Part shown: in pieces, positions 21,761 through 30,947 of the stretch
Position numbering within the stretch: position 1 is the first letter of the stretch
How the letters are laid out: every line of letters starts with the position of its first letter
Source of the DNA: an uncultured Candidatus Saccharibacteria bacterium
GTDB lineage: Bacteria; Patescibacteriota; Minisyncoccia; Phycocordibacterales; UBA2100
Length of the DNA: 64,000 nucleotides
NCBI GenBank assembly: GCA_964399865.1
Contig: CAYNRJ010000002.1
Coordinates: 97,108-161,107, forward strand
Direction of reading: 5' to 3'
Notes under the pieces: model-generated
Told to the model about the DNA's origin: nothing
Databases searched by the model: none
Seen by the model: the letters and a program-made list of their open reading frames with translations, nothing else
Translations under genes and position numbers: made by a program

Positions 21761-22311
21761 GACCAGTACTGTTCATTATTGTTTTGCTCATAGTGGGCAC
21801 TGCCACGGTGTTTTTCATTTCGTCGCGCCAGAGTGTGGTTGTGGGAAATACTCTGACTTTTGAACCGAAAGTTGCTGAGCGGCCGATTGTGCAACCGAAG
21901 CCGGATAGTTCCGGCGTATCGACCTATAAAGATTCAGATTATGGCTTCATACTCACATATCCTCCTGAGTACAAGGTAGCGAAGATAAAAAATGAGGAAG
22001 CGGACACATTTCTGCTCCAAGACAGCACTGGAACGGGAATGCAAATAATTGTAAGTCCATTTGATGAACCTGCGGAGGCTTTCACTGTCGCACGCGTGCG
22101 ACAAGATTTGCCGGACCTCCCGATGCGAAATGTGCGGATCGCAAAAATGCCACTTGCCGGTATAGAAGGTATTCTGTTCGAGAGTTCCGGCGGGGGGTTT
22201 GGGGGGAGTGTCGAATTCTGGTTTGTACATAAGGGTTATTTATATCAGGCGAGCACATACCTAAGCCAAATGAGCCTTTTTGAGGATGTGATGGGTACAA
22301 TCCGATTCTGA
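21757..22311 (+). CDS. Membrane-anchored hypothetical protein, PsbP-like fold
   Basis: N-terminal TM, TYKDSDYGFILTYPPEY motif, C-terminal FEDVMGTIRF; ATGA overlap with the upstream gene. Confidence 0.6.
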   Translation: MRPVLFIIVLLIVGTATVFFISSRQSVVVGNTLTFEPKVAERPIVQPKPDSSGVSTYKDSDYGFILTYPPEYKVAKIKNEEADTFLLQDSTGTGMQIIVSPFDEPAEAFTVARVRQDLPDLPMRNVRIAKMPLAGIEGILFESSGGGFGGSVEFWFVHKGYLYQASTYLSQMSLFEDVMGTIRF

Positions 22312-22366
22312 CTTTTTGTGGATACTCGGTAGTTCCAGTCACGAAGATAGTGTAAAATAGTCCGAT

Positions 22367-23371
22367 ATGATTCGCGTTGCCATAAACGGATTTGGAAGAA
22401 TTGGCAGAGCGTTCCTTCGTTCAGCTCATGGAAGAAAAGAAATTAAAGTTGTTGCAGTAAATGACCTCACGAGTCCTGAAAATCTCGCCTACCTCCTCAA
22501 ATACGACACTGTGTATGGGGGCGCCCCTTTCTCTGTCGACGTAAAAGGAAGGTCGCTCATCATTGATGGTAAGGAAGTGCCAGTCATTTCAGAACGAGAT
22601 CCAGCGAAGTTACCTTGGGGTGAACATAAGGTAGATGTTGTCATTGAATCCACTGGTTTTTTCACTGACGCAGAGAAAGCGAAAGCTCATATCCAGGCGG
22701 GCGCGAAGCGTGTTGTCATAAGTGCGCCTGGAAAAGGGGAACTCGATACGGTTCTCATCGGGGCAAACGAAGATAAATTCAAAACCTGCGGCGAAGTGAC
22801 ATCAAACGCTTCATGCACAACAAACGCCGCCTCACCTCTCATTGGTATTTTAAGTGAAGCGCTTGGAATCGAGCGAGCGCTTCTCAACACAACACATGCA
22901 TACACCGCTTCACAAAGTATTGTTGATGGTCCCGCAGAAGATGATTTTCGACGCGGACGTGCGGGCGCAGCAAATCTCGGGCCGTCCTCAACAGGAGCAG
23001 CAAAGGCAACGACATTGGCGTACCCGGAATTAAAAGGGAAGTTCGATGGTATCTCAGTGCGCGTTCCAGTTCCCGCGGGCTCCATAGTTGATATTACGTT
23101 TGTTCCAAAAAGACCAACGACAGCGGAAGAGGTGAATGACATTCTCCGCAAAGCCGCTTTTTCAGCCAAATGGAAGCGTGTATTTGCGGTGACAGAAGAA
23201 CCCCTCGTGTCATCGGATATTCTCGGACTTCCGTTTGGAGCCATAGCAGATCTCGCAATGACACGTGTTGTTGATGGAACACTCGTAAAAGTGCTCGCGT
23301 GGTATGACAATGAAATGGGGTACGCGCACACACTCGTTGAGCACACGATAGAAGTCGGCAAGAACATCTAG
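22367..23371 (+). CDS. gap: Type I glyceraldehyde-3-phosphate dehydrogenase
   Basis: AINGFGRIGR, SNASCTTN, WYDNEMGY motifs. Confidence 0.97.
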   Translation: MIRVAINGFGRIGRAFLRSAHGRKEIKVVAVNDLTSPENLAYLLKYDTVYGGAPFSVDVKGRSLIIDGKEVPVISERDPAKLPWGEHKVDVVIESTGFFTDAEKAKAHIQAGAKRVVISAPGKGELDTVLIGANEDKFKTCGEVTSNASCTTNAASPLIGILSEALGIERALLNTTHAYTASQSIVDGPAEDDFRRGRAGAANLGPSSTGAAKATTLAYPELKGKFDGISVRVPVPAGSIVDITFVPKRPTTAEEVNDILRKAAFSAKWKRVFAVTEEPLVSSDILGLPFGAIADLAMTRVVDGTLVKVLAWYDNEMGYAHTLVEHTIEVGKNI

Positions 23372-23423
23372 GGTCCGTGGGGATAAGCCAATCCTCCGCT
23401 GTATTAGATGATAGAGTGACTTC

Positions 23424-25403
23424 ATGCAGCGTCTATTGGCTGGATCTCTTTTTGCGCTCTGCTTACTAGTCCTTCCGTCCTTTGTAAACGCTCAAGCGGG
23501 TAATTCTGCTTGTAGTCAGATTGAGGCTATAAAAGCCGCTGCACAATATTTCGAGAGCATCGGAAATGAGCAACAGGCCAGGCAGTTCCGTGATATGGCA
23601 AAATCCTGCGAGACTCCAACGAACGCCTCCTGTACACTGGGTAGTAAAAAAATCCTACATGCACAATCAATTAAAGTGTTTAAGACAGCTAGCGTTCCGT
23701 ACGGTACCGCATGCCAATCAGAGATGCGCAAATGCAATAACGGTGTGCTGTCCGGTTCATGGGTTAACGAAACATGCACCGTAGCGACGGCAAAATCTTG
23801 CGTTCTTAACGGGGTTACGGTTGCACATGGTAGTTCGCGGGTCTTTTACTCACAGCCGATTGTGTCATCCGGCTCAACCTGTACGTCAGTGGGGCAGAGC
23901 AGGACGTGTACGAACGGAACGCTCTCAGGCGCAGCAACTCACAGCTACGCGAGCTGCACCGTTAGCGCAAGCACCTCATGTACTTTTAATGGAGCAACAA
24001 TCGCTAACGCCGGCTCCGTCACAGCGTATCAATCATCATCGGTGCCGCTTGGGAGCAGTTGCGTCTCTGAGACAAGAACGTGCAACAGCGGTGTTCTTTC
24101 AGGCTCGTATCAATTTGGTTCCTGTACCGTATCTAGTTCCCCAGTAATTGCAAAGCCAACCTGTACTTTGACTGGGCCGGCAAAAGTCCCTACCAAGAGC
24201 CCACTCGCTTTGTCATGGCAAACAACCAATAACCCAACATCGGTAAAGATCTCCCTTGGTGCAACGGTGTTAGGTTCTAGTCTTCCAGCTATAGGATCGT
24301 ACACGGTCACATCCCCAGGATTTCCTGCGAAATATAACTACACAATGACCGTTGAGAATTCAGCGGGCAGTAACATTTGCACATACCGCGCAACAGTACA
24401 CCAGCCGGGCGCAACTGCTCCGCTCGCATTCGTTTGGCCACAATTATATGGTCAGTTTGGAAGCTACGGACAGATGGGTACGGATCACAGCACGGTTGCT
24501 GCGGCGCTGCGCACTATGTACGGCGCCGGTTTTAAATTAAACTTCATCCGCCACGGTAGCTATTATGGGTCACAAGAAATTAGAAATGATCTTGAGACAT
24601 ACGATGCCGCTCGAATAGACAATCAGCTACTTGCGATTATCTACGAGGCTTGCGGTGGTTGGGACGGTGACAAGAAATGTCCGATGTCGACACAAAAGGA
24701 GCAGGAGGTGCTAACGCAGATTAAAGAGCACCTCGCACGCATAAAAGATGACACCCGTATAGTCGCGTTTTTTGTGCTTGATGATTATCCAGGCTACATT
24801 CGACCGTTTCTTGAGAAAGTACGTGCACTCGTCCTCGAATCAAATAAGACCAGCGCCGTTGCGCGTCCCATTGTATGCTCATTCGGAGGGAATCTTAATG
24901 AGATCTTGACGAAAACTAGCTTCAATAATTTCTCACCCGCGGCGTGCGACGCTGTGAATCTGTATTACTACGGCGTGAAGGGTAATAAGCCAAACGCACG
25001 CAATTGGGAGATGACGAAACTTCTTCCATCAGCCAAGGAAGGACTCAAGCAAAATGGGTGGGATGCCGCGAAGCATCCACTCCTTGCATCGACGCATGCT
25101 TTTGGCGCGCTGGGAAATTACGTTCAGCCTAGTCGTGAGGATATGCTGACGCAGGCAAAAGCATTTTGTGAAGGGGGAGCTGTCGGAAATATCTTTTTCA
25201 CATGGGATCTCGCGAATGCTACCGGTCCTGCGGACACGCCGTATATGTTTGAAGGCCTTAAGGATGGATACTCTGCTTGTAAGACGATCTGGAGTAAGAA
25301 GACGACCGAGGCGGAGAGCTCTTCTTTCGTCGCGGGTGCAGCGAATGCCTTTGCCGACCTGTTTCGCCCGTGGCGTGTCCTCTTTTCCGCCGACAGTATA
25401 TAA
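23424..25403 (+). CDS. Secreted protein: three Cys-rich repeats, an Ig-like module and a probable TIM-barrel glycoside hydrolase-like C-terminal domain
   Basis: Signal peptide; repeats SCxxxGxxxxxxxS...CxSExRxCxNGxLSG at ~23628-24130; FFVLDDYPG after a beta-strand resembles a GH-A acid/base position (inference). Confidence 0.6.
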   Translation: MQRLLAGSLFALCLLVLPSFVNAQAGNSACSQIEAIKAAAQYFESIGNEQQARQFRDMAKSCETPTNASCTLGSKKILHAQSIKVFKTASVPYGTACQSEMRKCNNGVLSGSWVNETCTVATAKSCVLNGVTVAHGSSRVFYSQPIVSSGSTCTSVGQSRTCTNGTLSGAATHSYASCTVSASTSCTFNGATIANAGSVTAYQSSSVPLGSSCVSETRTCNSGVLSGSYQFGSCTVSSSPVIAKPTCTLTGPAKVPTKSPLALSWQTTNNPTSVKISLGATVLGSSLPAIGSYTVTSPGFPAKYNYTMTVENSAGSNICTYRATVHQPGATAPLAFVWPQLYGQFGSYGQMGTDHSTVAAALRTMYGAGFKLNFIRHGSYYGSQEIRNDLETYDAARIDNQLLAIIYEACGGWDGDKKCPMSTQKEQEVLTQIKEHLARIKDDTRIVAFFVLDDYPGYIRPFLEKVRALVLESNKTSAVARPIVCSFGGNLNEILTKTSFNNFSPAACDAVNLYYYGVKGNKPNARNWEMTKLLPSAKEGLKQNGWDAAKHPLLASTHAFGALGNYVQPSREDMLTQAKAFCEGGAVGNIFFTWDLANATGPADTPYMFEGLKDGYSACKTIWSKKTTEAESSSFVAGAANAFADLFRPWRVLFSADSI

Positions 25404-25411
25404 TTCTGCAC

Positions 25412-25900
25412 ATGAAAGTTTATTTTGCTGCAGACCATGCCGGATTTGAATTGAAGAATGTCCTTATCGCATTTGTACAAACACTTGGACACGAAGCGGA
25501 AGATTGCGGCGCGTTTCAGATGGATATGGCCGATGATTATCCAGAATTCATCGCATCTGCTGCGGGGAAGCTTTCGCAAGATGCTGCTTCCGGAATCGAG
25601 AGTCGTGCCATTGTGATCGGTGGGTCAGGTCAGGGCGAAGCAATCGTCGCAAATCGTTTTAAGGGTGTGCGCTGCGCTCTTTACTACGGAGAAGGAGGAG
25701 AGCAGACGGATGCAGGGGGAAAGAAACTCGATGTACTTACCTCAACACGCGAGCATAATAATGCGAACGCACTTAGTCTTGGAGCTCGATTCTTAAGCGC
25801 AGACGCCGCGAAACTGGCAGTCAAAAAATGGCTTGAAATAACGTTTTCTGGGGAAGAACGGCACGCGAGACGAATCAAACAAATCGATGACGTCAATTAA
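25412..25900 (+). CDS. rpiB: Ribose-5-phosphate isomerase B (RpiB/LacA/LacB family)
   Basis: MKVYFAADHAGFELK, DDYP, GGSGQGEAIVAN, REHNNANALSLG, RHARRI; start moved to ATG 25412 just after TATAAT 25399-25404. Confidence 0.93.
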   Translation: MKVYFAADHAGFELKNVLIAFVQTLGHEAEDCGAFQMDMADDYPEFIASAAGKLSQDAASGIESRAIVIGGSGQGEAIVANRFKGVRCALYYGEGGEQTDAGGKKLDVLTSTREHNNANALSLGARFLSADAAKLAVKKWLEITFSGEERHARRIKQIDDVN

Positions 25901-26552
25901 TATACTGCCGACGATAGTTCCCGATACCTTTGCGGGAATAGAAGAGACGAGCGAGAAGTACTCATCGTTCGCTTCTTTCTTTCAGATAGATCTAGCGGAC
26001 GGAAAATTTGCACCGAACACAACGTGGTTACCGAAGGGGGATGAAATGCTTCCGAAGAATTTTCTATATGAGGTCCACATGATGGTAGCTGATCCGCATG
26101 AAGTTGGCCTCACTTGCGCGAAGATGGGCGCGCATACTCTCATCGGTCATGCTGAGGCTTTTGGAAGTGCTGAGAGAGCAAATCGTGCATTTGATGCATG
26201 GAAAATCGCGGGCGCACAGGCAGTAGCGGTCGCAATCCTTCTTGACACTCCTGTTGAAGACATTGAACTGTACCTCCCATCAGTAGATTTCGTCCTTTTT
26301 ATGACGATAGCGAAGATCGGTGTGCAAGGTTTTCCATTTGAAGAGCGAAGTATTGCTAAAATTGCGGCATTCAAAGAACAGCATCCTGATGTTGTTGTTG
26401 CGGTTGACGGCGGGGTCTCTGAGAAAAACATTGCTGCTTTGACGGAGGCAGGTGCGACACGATTCGGTGTAGGGTCTGCAATTTCGAAGAGTGTAGATCA
26501 AAAAGGCTCATACGAAAAACTCCTAAGTCTCGCTGAAAATGCGTTACAATGA
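25887..26552 (+). CDS. rpe: Ribulose-phosphate 3-epimerase
   Basis: QIDLADGKFAPN, EVHMMV, G.QG.PF, VAVDGGV motifs; pentose-phosphate gene cluster. Confidence 0.88.
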   Translation: MTSINILPTIVPDTFAGIEETSEKYSSFASFFQIDLADGKFAPNTTWLPKGDEMLPKNFLYEVHMMVADPHEVGLTCAKMGAHTLIGHAEAFGSAERANRAFDAWKIAGAQAVAVAILLDTPVEDIELYLPSVDFVLFMTIAKIGVQGFPFEERSIAKIAAFKEQHPDVVVAVDGGVSEKNIAALTEAGATRFGVGSAISKSVDQKGSYEKLLSLAENALQ

Positions 26553-26556
26553 GTGA

Positions 26557-27417
26557 ATGGAGGCGCTAACAGACGCGGAAATAAAGACAATTGAGAATAA
26601 GGCCGTAAAAATACGGGAAACCATCATTGAGATGTTGGTCGCTGCTGGAAGTGGTCACACTGCGGGCCCCTTAGGTATGGCGGATATTTTTGCCGCGCTC
26701 TATTTTAACGTCCTAAAACATGATCCAGCGCATCCGGATTGGGAGGCGCGCGATCGTTTGGTGCTATCAAATGGTCACATCACACCGGTCCGGTATGCCG
26801 CTATGGCTCACGCCGGATATTTTCCTGTTGAGGAGTGCCTCACTCTCAGAAAATTTGGCTCACGTCTCCAGGGCCATCCTGAACGCGAAAAACTTCCGGG
26901 TCTTGAGACTACCTCAGGGCCCCTCGGTAGCGGGCTTTCGCAAGCTGCAGGAATTGCGTACGCGGCACGCATGGACCAAAAGAACATACGCGTATTTTGT
27001 GCGATGTCAGATGGCGAGCATGATTGCGGTAACACCTGGGAAGCCGCGATGTTCGCAGGAGCAAATAAACTTTCCAACCTCGTCGGCATTGTCGACCGTA
27101 ATAATATTCAGATCGATGGATATACAGAATCCATTATGCCTCTCGAACCATTTCGTGCGAAGTACGAAGCATTCAATTGGCATGTCATAGAGATTGATGG
27201 TCACAACATTGCACATATAATTGCTGCGTGTGATGAGGCTTCTGCAGTGTATGAGAGGCCGACGGTTATCATCGCGCACACCATTCCAGGAAAGGGTATC
27301 CGTTCTATCGAACGCGATTACCGTTGGCACGGCAAACCGCCAAGTAAAGAAGAGGCTGCGCAATTTCTGAACGAACTACGCACTCTTGAAGGTAAAATTA
27401 CAAGTGAACATCAATAA
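26557..27417 (+). CDS. tkt: Transketolase, N-terminal (TPP-binding) subunit
   Basis: SGHTAG, DRLVLSNGH, LQGHP, SGPLGSG, SDGE...WEA, WHGKPP. Confidence 0.95.
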   Translation: MEALTDAEIKTIENKAVKIRETIIEMLVAAGSGHTAGPLGMADIFAALYFNVLKHDPAHPDWEARDRLVLSNGHITPVRYAAMAHAGYFPVEECLTLRKFGSRLQGHPEREKLPGLETTSGPLGSGLSQAAGIAYAARMDQKNIRVFCAMSDGEHDCGNTWEAAMFAGANKLSNLVGIVDRNNIQIDGYTESIMPLEPFRAKYEAFNWHVIEIDGHNIAHIIAACDEASAVYERPTVIIAHTIPGKGIRSIERDYRWHGKPPSKEEAAQFLNELRTLEGKITSEHQ

Positions 27418-27420
27418 CGT

Positions 27421-27852
27421 ATGCAAGCTAATCAGATAGCAGGAGGATTCTTTCTCGTATTTGAACGTGGCGAAGATTTTATTCCACTCCTTACCGCATT
27501 TTGCGAAGAGCAGGAAGTGCACTGGGCGACGTTCCAAGCGGTCGGCGCCGTTGAAGACGTAGAGATAGGGTATTACGACCTCGAAGCGCAGGAATATTTT
27601 TTCCGCAGTGAAAAAGGTCCATTCGAGGTCGCGACGATGACAGGAAACGTAGCAGAAATAAACGAAGGTCCGTTTGTCCACGCGCACGCGGTGTTATCGA
27701 GATGTGATGCAACATTGGAATGTCTTGGAGGGCATCTTAAATCAGCACGAGTAGCGGTTACGTTGGAGCTGTCGCTGTGGCGTGTAAGCCAGCCGCTTCT
27801 TCGTAGATTCGATGAGGACACAGGGCTCAATTTAATTACGCTTACCCTATGA
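27421..27852 (+). CDS. PPC-domain (DUF296) protein
   Basis: G.FEV..MTGN, PFVHAHAVLS, GGHL motifs. Confidence 0.88.
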   Translation: MQANQIAGGFFLVFERGEDFIPLLTAFCEEQEVHWATFQAVGAVEDVEIGYYDLEAQEYFFRSEKGPFEVATMTGNVAEINEGPFVHAHAVLSRCDATLECLGGHLKSARVAVTLELSLWRVSQPLLRRFDEDTGLNLITLTL

Positions 27853-28841
27853 TGCCGAGCGAGATGCGCTTACGACAGGATCTTTTCGAAGGAAAAGAAC
27901 AAGCGCCCACACGTGATGGGTTTGGAAAAGGAGTCGTTGAAGCAGGGGAATCAGATCCTCGCGTTGTTGTCCTTTGTGCCGACCTTACTGAATCAACGAG
28001 GGCCCTAGAGTTTCAAAAGAAATTTCCTGAGAGATTCATCGAGGTGGGGGTCGCCGAGCAAAATCTCGCAGCGCTTGCATCGGGATTTGCAAATTACGGC
28101 AAAATTCCTTTCATCGCTTCATACGCGGCTTTTTCTCCTGGAAGAAATAACGAACAGATCCGCACAACAATTTCAATAAATAATGTGCCAGTAAAAATCG
28201 CTGGTATGCACGCCGGTGTTTCCGTAGGACCTGATGGCGCTACTCATCAGGCGCTCGAAGATATGGCGCTTATGCGCGTCCAACCTCGAATGACTGTGAT
28301 ATCGCCATGCGATGCAGAAGAAGCACGGAAGGCGACTCTCGCCGCCGCAAAATCATCTGGTCCCGTATATTTACGTTTTGGACGTGAGAAAACTCCCCTC
28401 ATGACTACTGCAGAAACTCCTTTTGAAATAGGGAAAGCAGGGATTTTTTGGAAACCCAACTCCCCTGTCGCTGTCATTTTTGCAACCGGACCCTTGGTGC
28501 ACAATGCTCTCCTTGCGGCTCGTGAATTGGAAAAGAGCGGAACCTGGGTAACTGTAGTAAATATCCATACGATAAAACCGCTCGATGAGGAGACAATCGA
28601 AAAAGTCGTACGCGAAGCAGGAGCGGTCGTAACAGTAGAAGAGCATCAAATCGCCGGTGGTCTCGGAAGTGCGATCGCAGAATTACTTGCACAAAAAGCT
28701 CCCGCTCCGATCGAATTTATCGGCGTTCACGATCAGTTTGGTCAATCAGGAGAACCAAAAGAGCTTATTGAGCACTACGGCATGGGAGTGTCCCACATCG
28801 TTGCGGCAGTCAAAAAAGTGGTTTCTCGAAAGAAAGTCTAA
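27849..28841 (+). CDS. tkt: Transketolase, C-terminal (pyrimidine-binding) subunit
   Basis: GVAEQN, GPDGATHQALED, VTVEEH...GGLGSA. Confidence 0.95.
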   Translation: MMPSEMRLRQDLFEGKEQAPTRDGFGKGVVEAGESDPRVVVLCADLTESTRALEFQKKFPERFIEVGVAEQNLAALASGFANYGKIPFIASYAAFSPGRNNEQIRTTISINNVPVKIAGMHAGVSVGPDGATHQALEDMALMRVQPRMTVISPCDAEEARKATLAAAKSSGPVYLRFGREKTPLMTTAETPFEIGKAGIFWKPNSPVAVIFATGPLVHNALLAARELEKSGTWVTVVNIHTIKPLDEETIEKVVREAGAVVTVEEHQIAGGLGSAIAELLAQKAPAPIEFIGVHDQFGQSGEPKELIEHYGMGVSHIVAAVKKVVSRKKV

Positions 28842-28846
28842 CGTCA

Positions 28847-28966
28847 CAAAATGTGTTTTCGGCACACTGTTTCTCGAAGCACGGAAATTTTCGGCTGAAA
28901 ATTTCCTCCGTACGTCGTCGCCACTCCTCCCGAGGCTTCTCTAAACAGTATACCTCAACACATTTG
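28847..28966. repeat. Long imperfect intergenic hairpin element, copy A of a family (core GGAAATTTTCGGCTGAAAATTTCC, 28883-28906)
   Basis: Nested arms caaaatgtgtt/aacacatttg, actgttt/aaacagt, gaagc/gcttc; core similar to 42286-42310. Confidence 0.6.
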
Positions 28967-29005
28967 TTGCAAGGCACTTAACATTCCAAGCCGCCAACGA
29001 ATACG

Positions 29006-29107
29006 CTTTCGCAACGTGTTTTTAGGGTGTCTCGCAGGCCGACTGGGCCGAGAGGCAGCGCTGCCGTACCAGCGGCAGACAGCGACCCGAAAAATATGTT
29101 GCGAAAG
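29006..29107. repeat. Long imperfect inverted-repeat element downstream of the PfkB-family gene
   Basis: ctttcgcaacgtgtttttagggt pairs with acccgaaaaatatgttgcgaaag around a GC-rich branched interior. Confidence 0.6.
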
Positions 29108-29118
29108 GGTAGGAGTCC

Positions 29119-30108
29119 CTACAGTGCGGCAACTTTGAAATCTGCTGGACGCTTTGCAAACAATTCCTCGAGCCTCTCTTTAGTGAGAAGTCCTTTCTGT
29201 GCGCCAATTTCCTGCACTACGTATGCGGAATTTACGAGTCCGCGGAGCATTGCTTCTCGCGGGTCGAGTCCCTGGATGATATAGGCAATCGTTGTCGAAG
29301 CGGTTGCATCCCCTGCGCCAGTTCTCTCCACAGGAGGCTTAGGGTCGGGATACATTGGTGAGTGCCACGCTCCATTTTCATCCATACCGTAGGAGCCGCC
29401 TCTGCCGTCCGTTACGAACGCAACTTTTACCCCGAGGTCGCGGATGCCCTGCAGAAGTTTTTTAATATCTTTTTCTTCAGTTTTGAGAATGATCTGCGCC
29501 TCTTGTTTGTTGCAGAAAAATACATCAGCGCGCGAGTAAATGTCTTTCAATTTGTCTATTCCTGCTTTGATCTGAAACGTGCCTGGTTGAAATGCGAGTT
29601 TTACTTCCGGATTCTTTTTCAAATATTCAGCGATCTCCCCGTGGTAGTTTTCTGTGCCTTCGCCGAGCGACGAAAGATAGATCCATTTCGGCGCTTCGCC
29701 GAGAGCAGGGAAGCTGTAGGAGAATTGTTCGTGTTTTATCAGAATTGTGCGCTCGGATTCGTACCAAAGGACGTAATGATAATTTGTTTTCTTTCCACTC
29801 TCACGCACGATGAGAGATGTATCTACATTTTCCTTCTTAAACGCGTCAATGCACGTCGTTCCGTTCTCGTCGTCTCCAATATGGACTCTAAGCGTAGCCG
29901 CAACTCCCAAGCGTGCACACGCGACGGCAGCGTTCGCTGAATTTCCAACGGCTGGCACAACTTCTACGAACTCGTACGGGACTTTATCGCCAAAGCGGAG
30001 GCTAAGGAGGCAGTGTTCGTCGTTAATGTCGCAATTTACTCTCGCATCTTTCAGTCGGATAAAGGCATCTATAGTAGTGTCTCCAATAGCGAGGACATCA
30101 AATCTCAT
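29119..30108 (-). CDS. PfkB-family carbohydrate kinase
   Basis: GNSANAAVACARLG, VTDGRGGS, ERTGAGDA signature. Confidence 0.92.
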   Translation of the reverse strand: MRFDVLAIGDTTIDAFIRLKDARVNCDINDEHCLLSLRFGDKVPYEFVEVVPAVGNSANAAVACARLGVAATLRVHIGDDENGTTCIDAFKKENVDTSLIVRESGKKTNYHYVLWYESERTILIKHEQFSYSFPALGEAPKWIYLSSLGEGTENYHGEIAEYLKKNPEVKLAFQPGTFQIKAGIDKLKDIYSRADVFFCNKQEAQIILKTEEKDIKKLLQGIRDLGVKVAFVTDGRGGSYGMDENGAWHSPMYPDPKPPVERTGAGDATASTTIAYIIQGLDPREAMLRGLVNSAYVVQEIGAQKGLLTKERLEELFAKRPADFKVAAL

Positions 30109-30209
30109 GGCGGTATTCTATCACGCTCTTTTTAGAGGCATCCTCACAAAACCCTCGTTTCCACGTATATTCTGGACATATTCAGATAAATCCGTATACT
30201 TCGAGACCT

Positions 30210-30881
30210 ATGCAGGCACTTGAAATTAAGCCACGAGACCTTAAAGAGTCTCCAGAAATGCTTCGTGAGCAGGGTACTGTTCCTGCTGTTTTTTACGGTC
30301 CTAAAGAGAAACCAACTCCTATCTCAGTTGATTCCAAGAGTCTTGAACGTGTGTGGCGCGAGGCAGGTGAGACGACTATCGTCAAATTAACCGGCGCAGG
30401 CGAAGATCACGACACCTTGATCCACGACGTACAAATACACCCTACAACGGGCAAGCTTCTTCACGCAGACTTTTATGTTCTAGAGAAGGGTAAGAAGATC
30501 ACTCTCAATGTTCCTCTCGAGTTCGTTGGCGTTGCTCCAGCTGAGAAATCAGGTCACATCATCGTGAAGACAATGCACGAGATTGAGATCGAGGTTGCTC
30601 CTCAAGAGCTTCCAAAGAGCCTCACTGTCGACCTCTCGAAGCTCGAAAATGTTGGCGATCACATTACGGTTGCGCAGGTGCCGGTTCCTCCGAGTGCATC
30701 TCTTGTGACTCACGCCGAAGAGATCGTTGTGTCCGTTAAGGAATTCGTAGAAGAGAAGGCGGAAGTCACTCCTGCACCAGAAACGATTATCACGACAGGT
30801 GCGAAGCCAGAAGAAGGTGCGGAAGGTGCTCCTGCTGCAGCTCCTGCAAAAGCAGAGAAGGCGCCAGAGGCGAAGAAATAA
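30210..30881 (+). CDS. rplY: 50S ribosomal protein L25 (Ctc-type)
   Basis: VPAVFYG, VQIHP...LHADFY, C-terminal Ctc beta domain, acidic/Lys tail. Confidence 0.95.
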   Translation: MQALEIKPRDLKESPEMLREQGTVPAVFYGPKEKPTPISVDSKSLERVWREAGETTIVKLTGAGEDHDTLIHDVQIHPTTGKLLHADFYVLEKGKKITLNVPLEFVGVAPAEKSGHIIVKTMHEIEIEVAPQELPKSLTVDLSKLENVGDHITVAQVPVPPSASLVTHAEEIVVSVKEFVEEKAEVTPAPETIITTGAKPEEGAEGAPAAAPAKAEKAPEAKK

Positions 30882-30900
30882 AACCAATAGACGTTCGTCT

Positions 30901-30931
30901 ACAAGACCGGAGGCAGAGCCTCCGGTCTTGT
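30901..30931 (+). terminator. Intrinsic terminator after rplY
   Basis: acaagaccggaggc-aga-gcctccggtcttgt hairpin ending in a T run. Confidence 0.8.
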
Positions 30932-30947
30932 TTGATATACTTCGTCT

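Noticed and set aside
1-22311. Prophage tail region
   Set aside because: S74-like domains are present, but there are no capsid, terminase, portal or integrase genes and the operon runs into gap.
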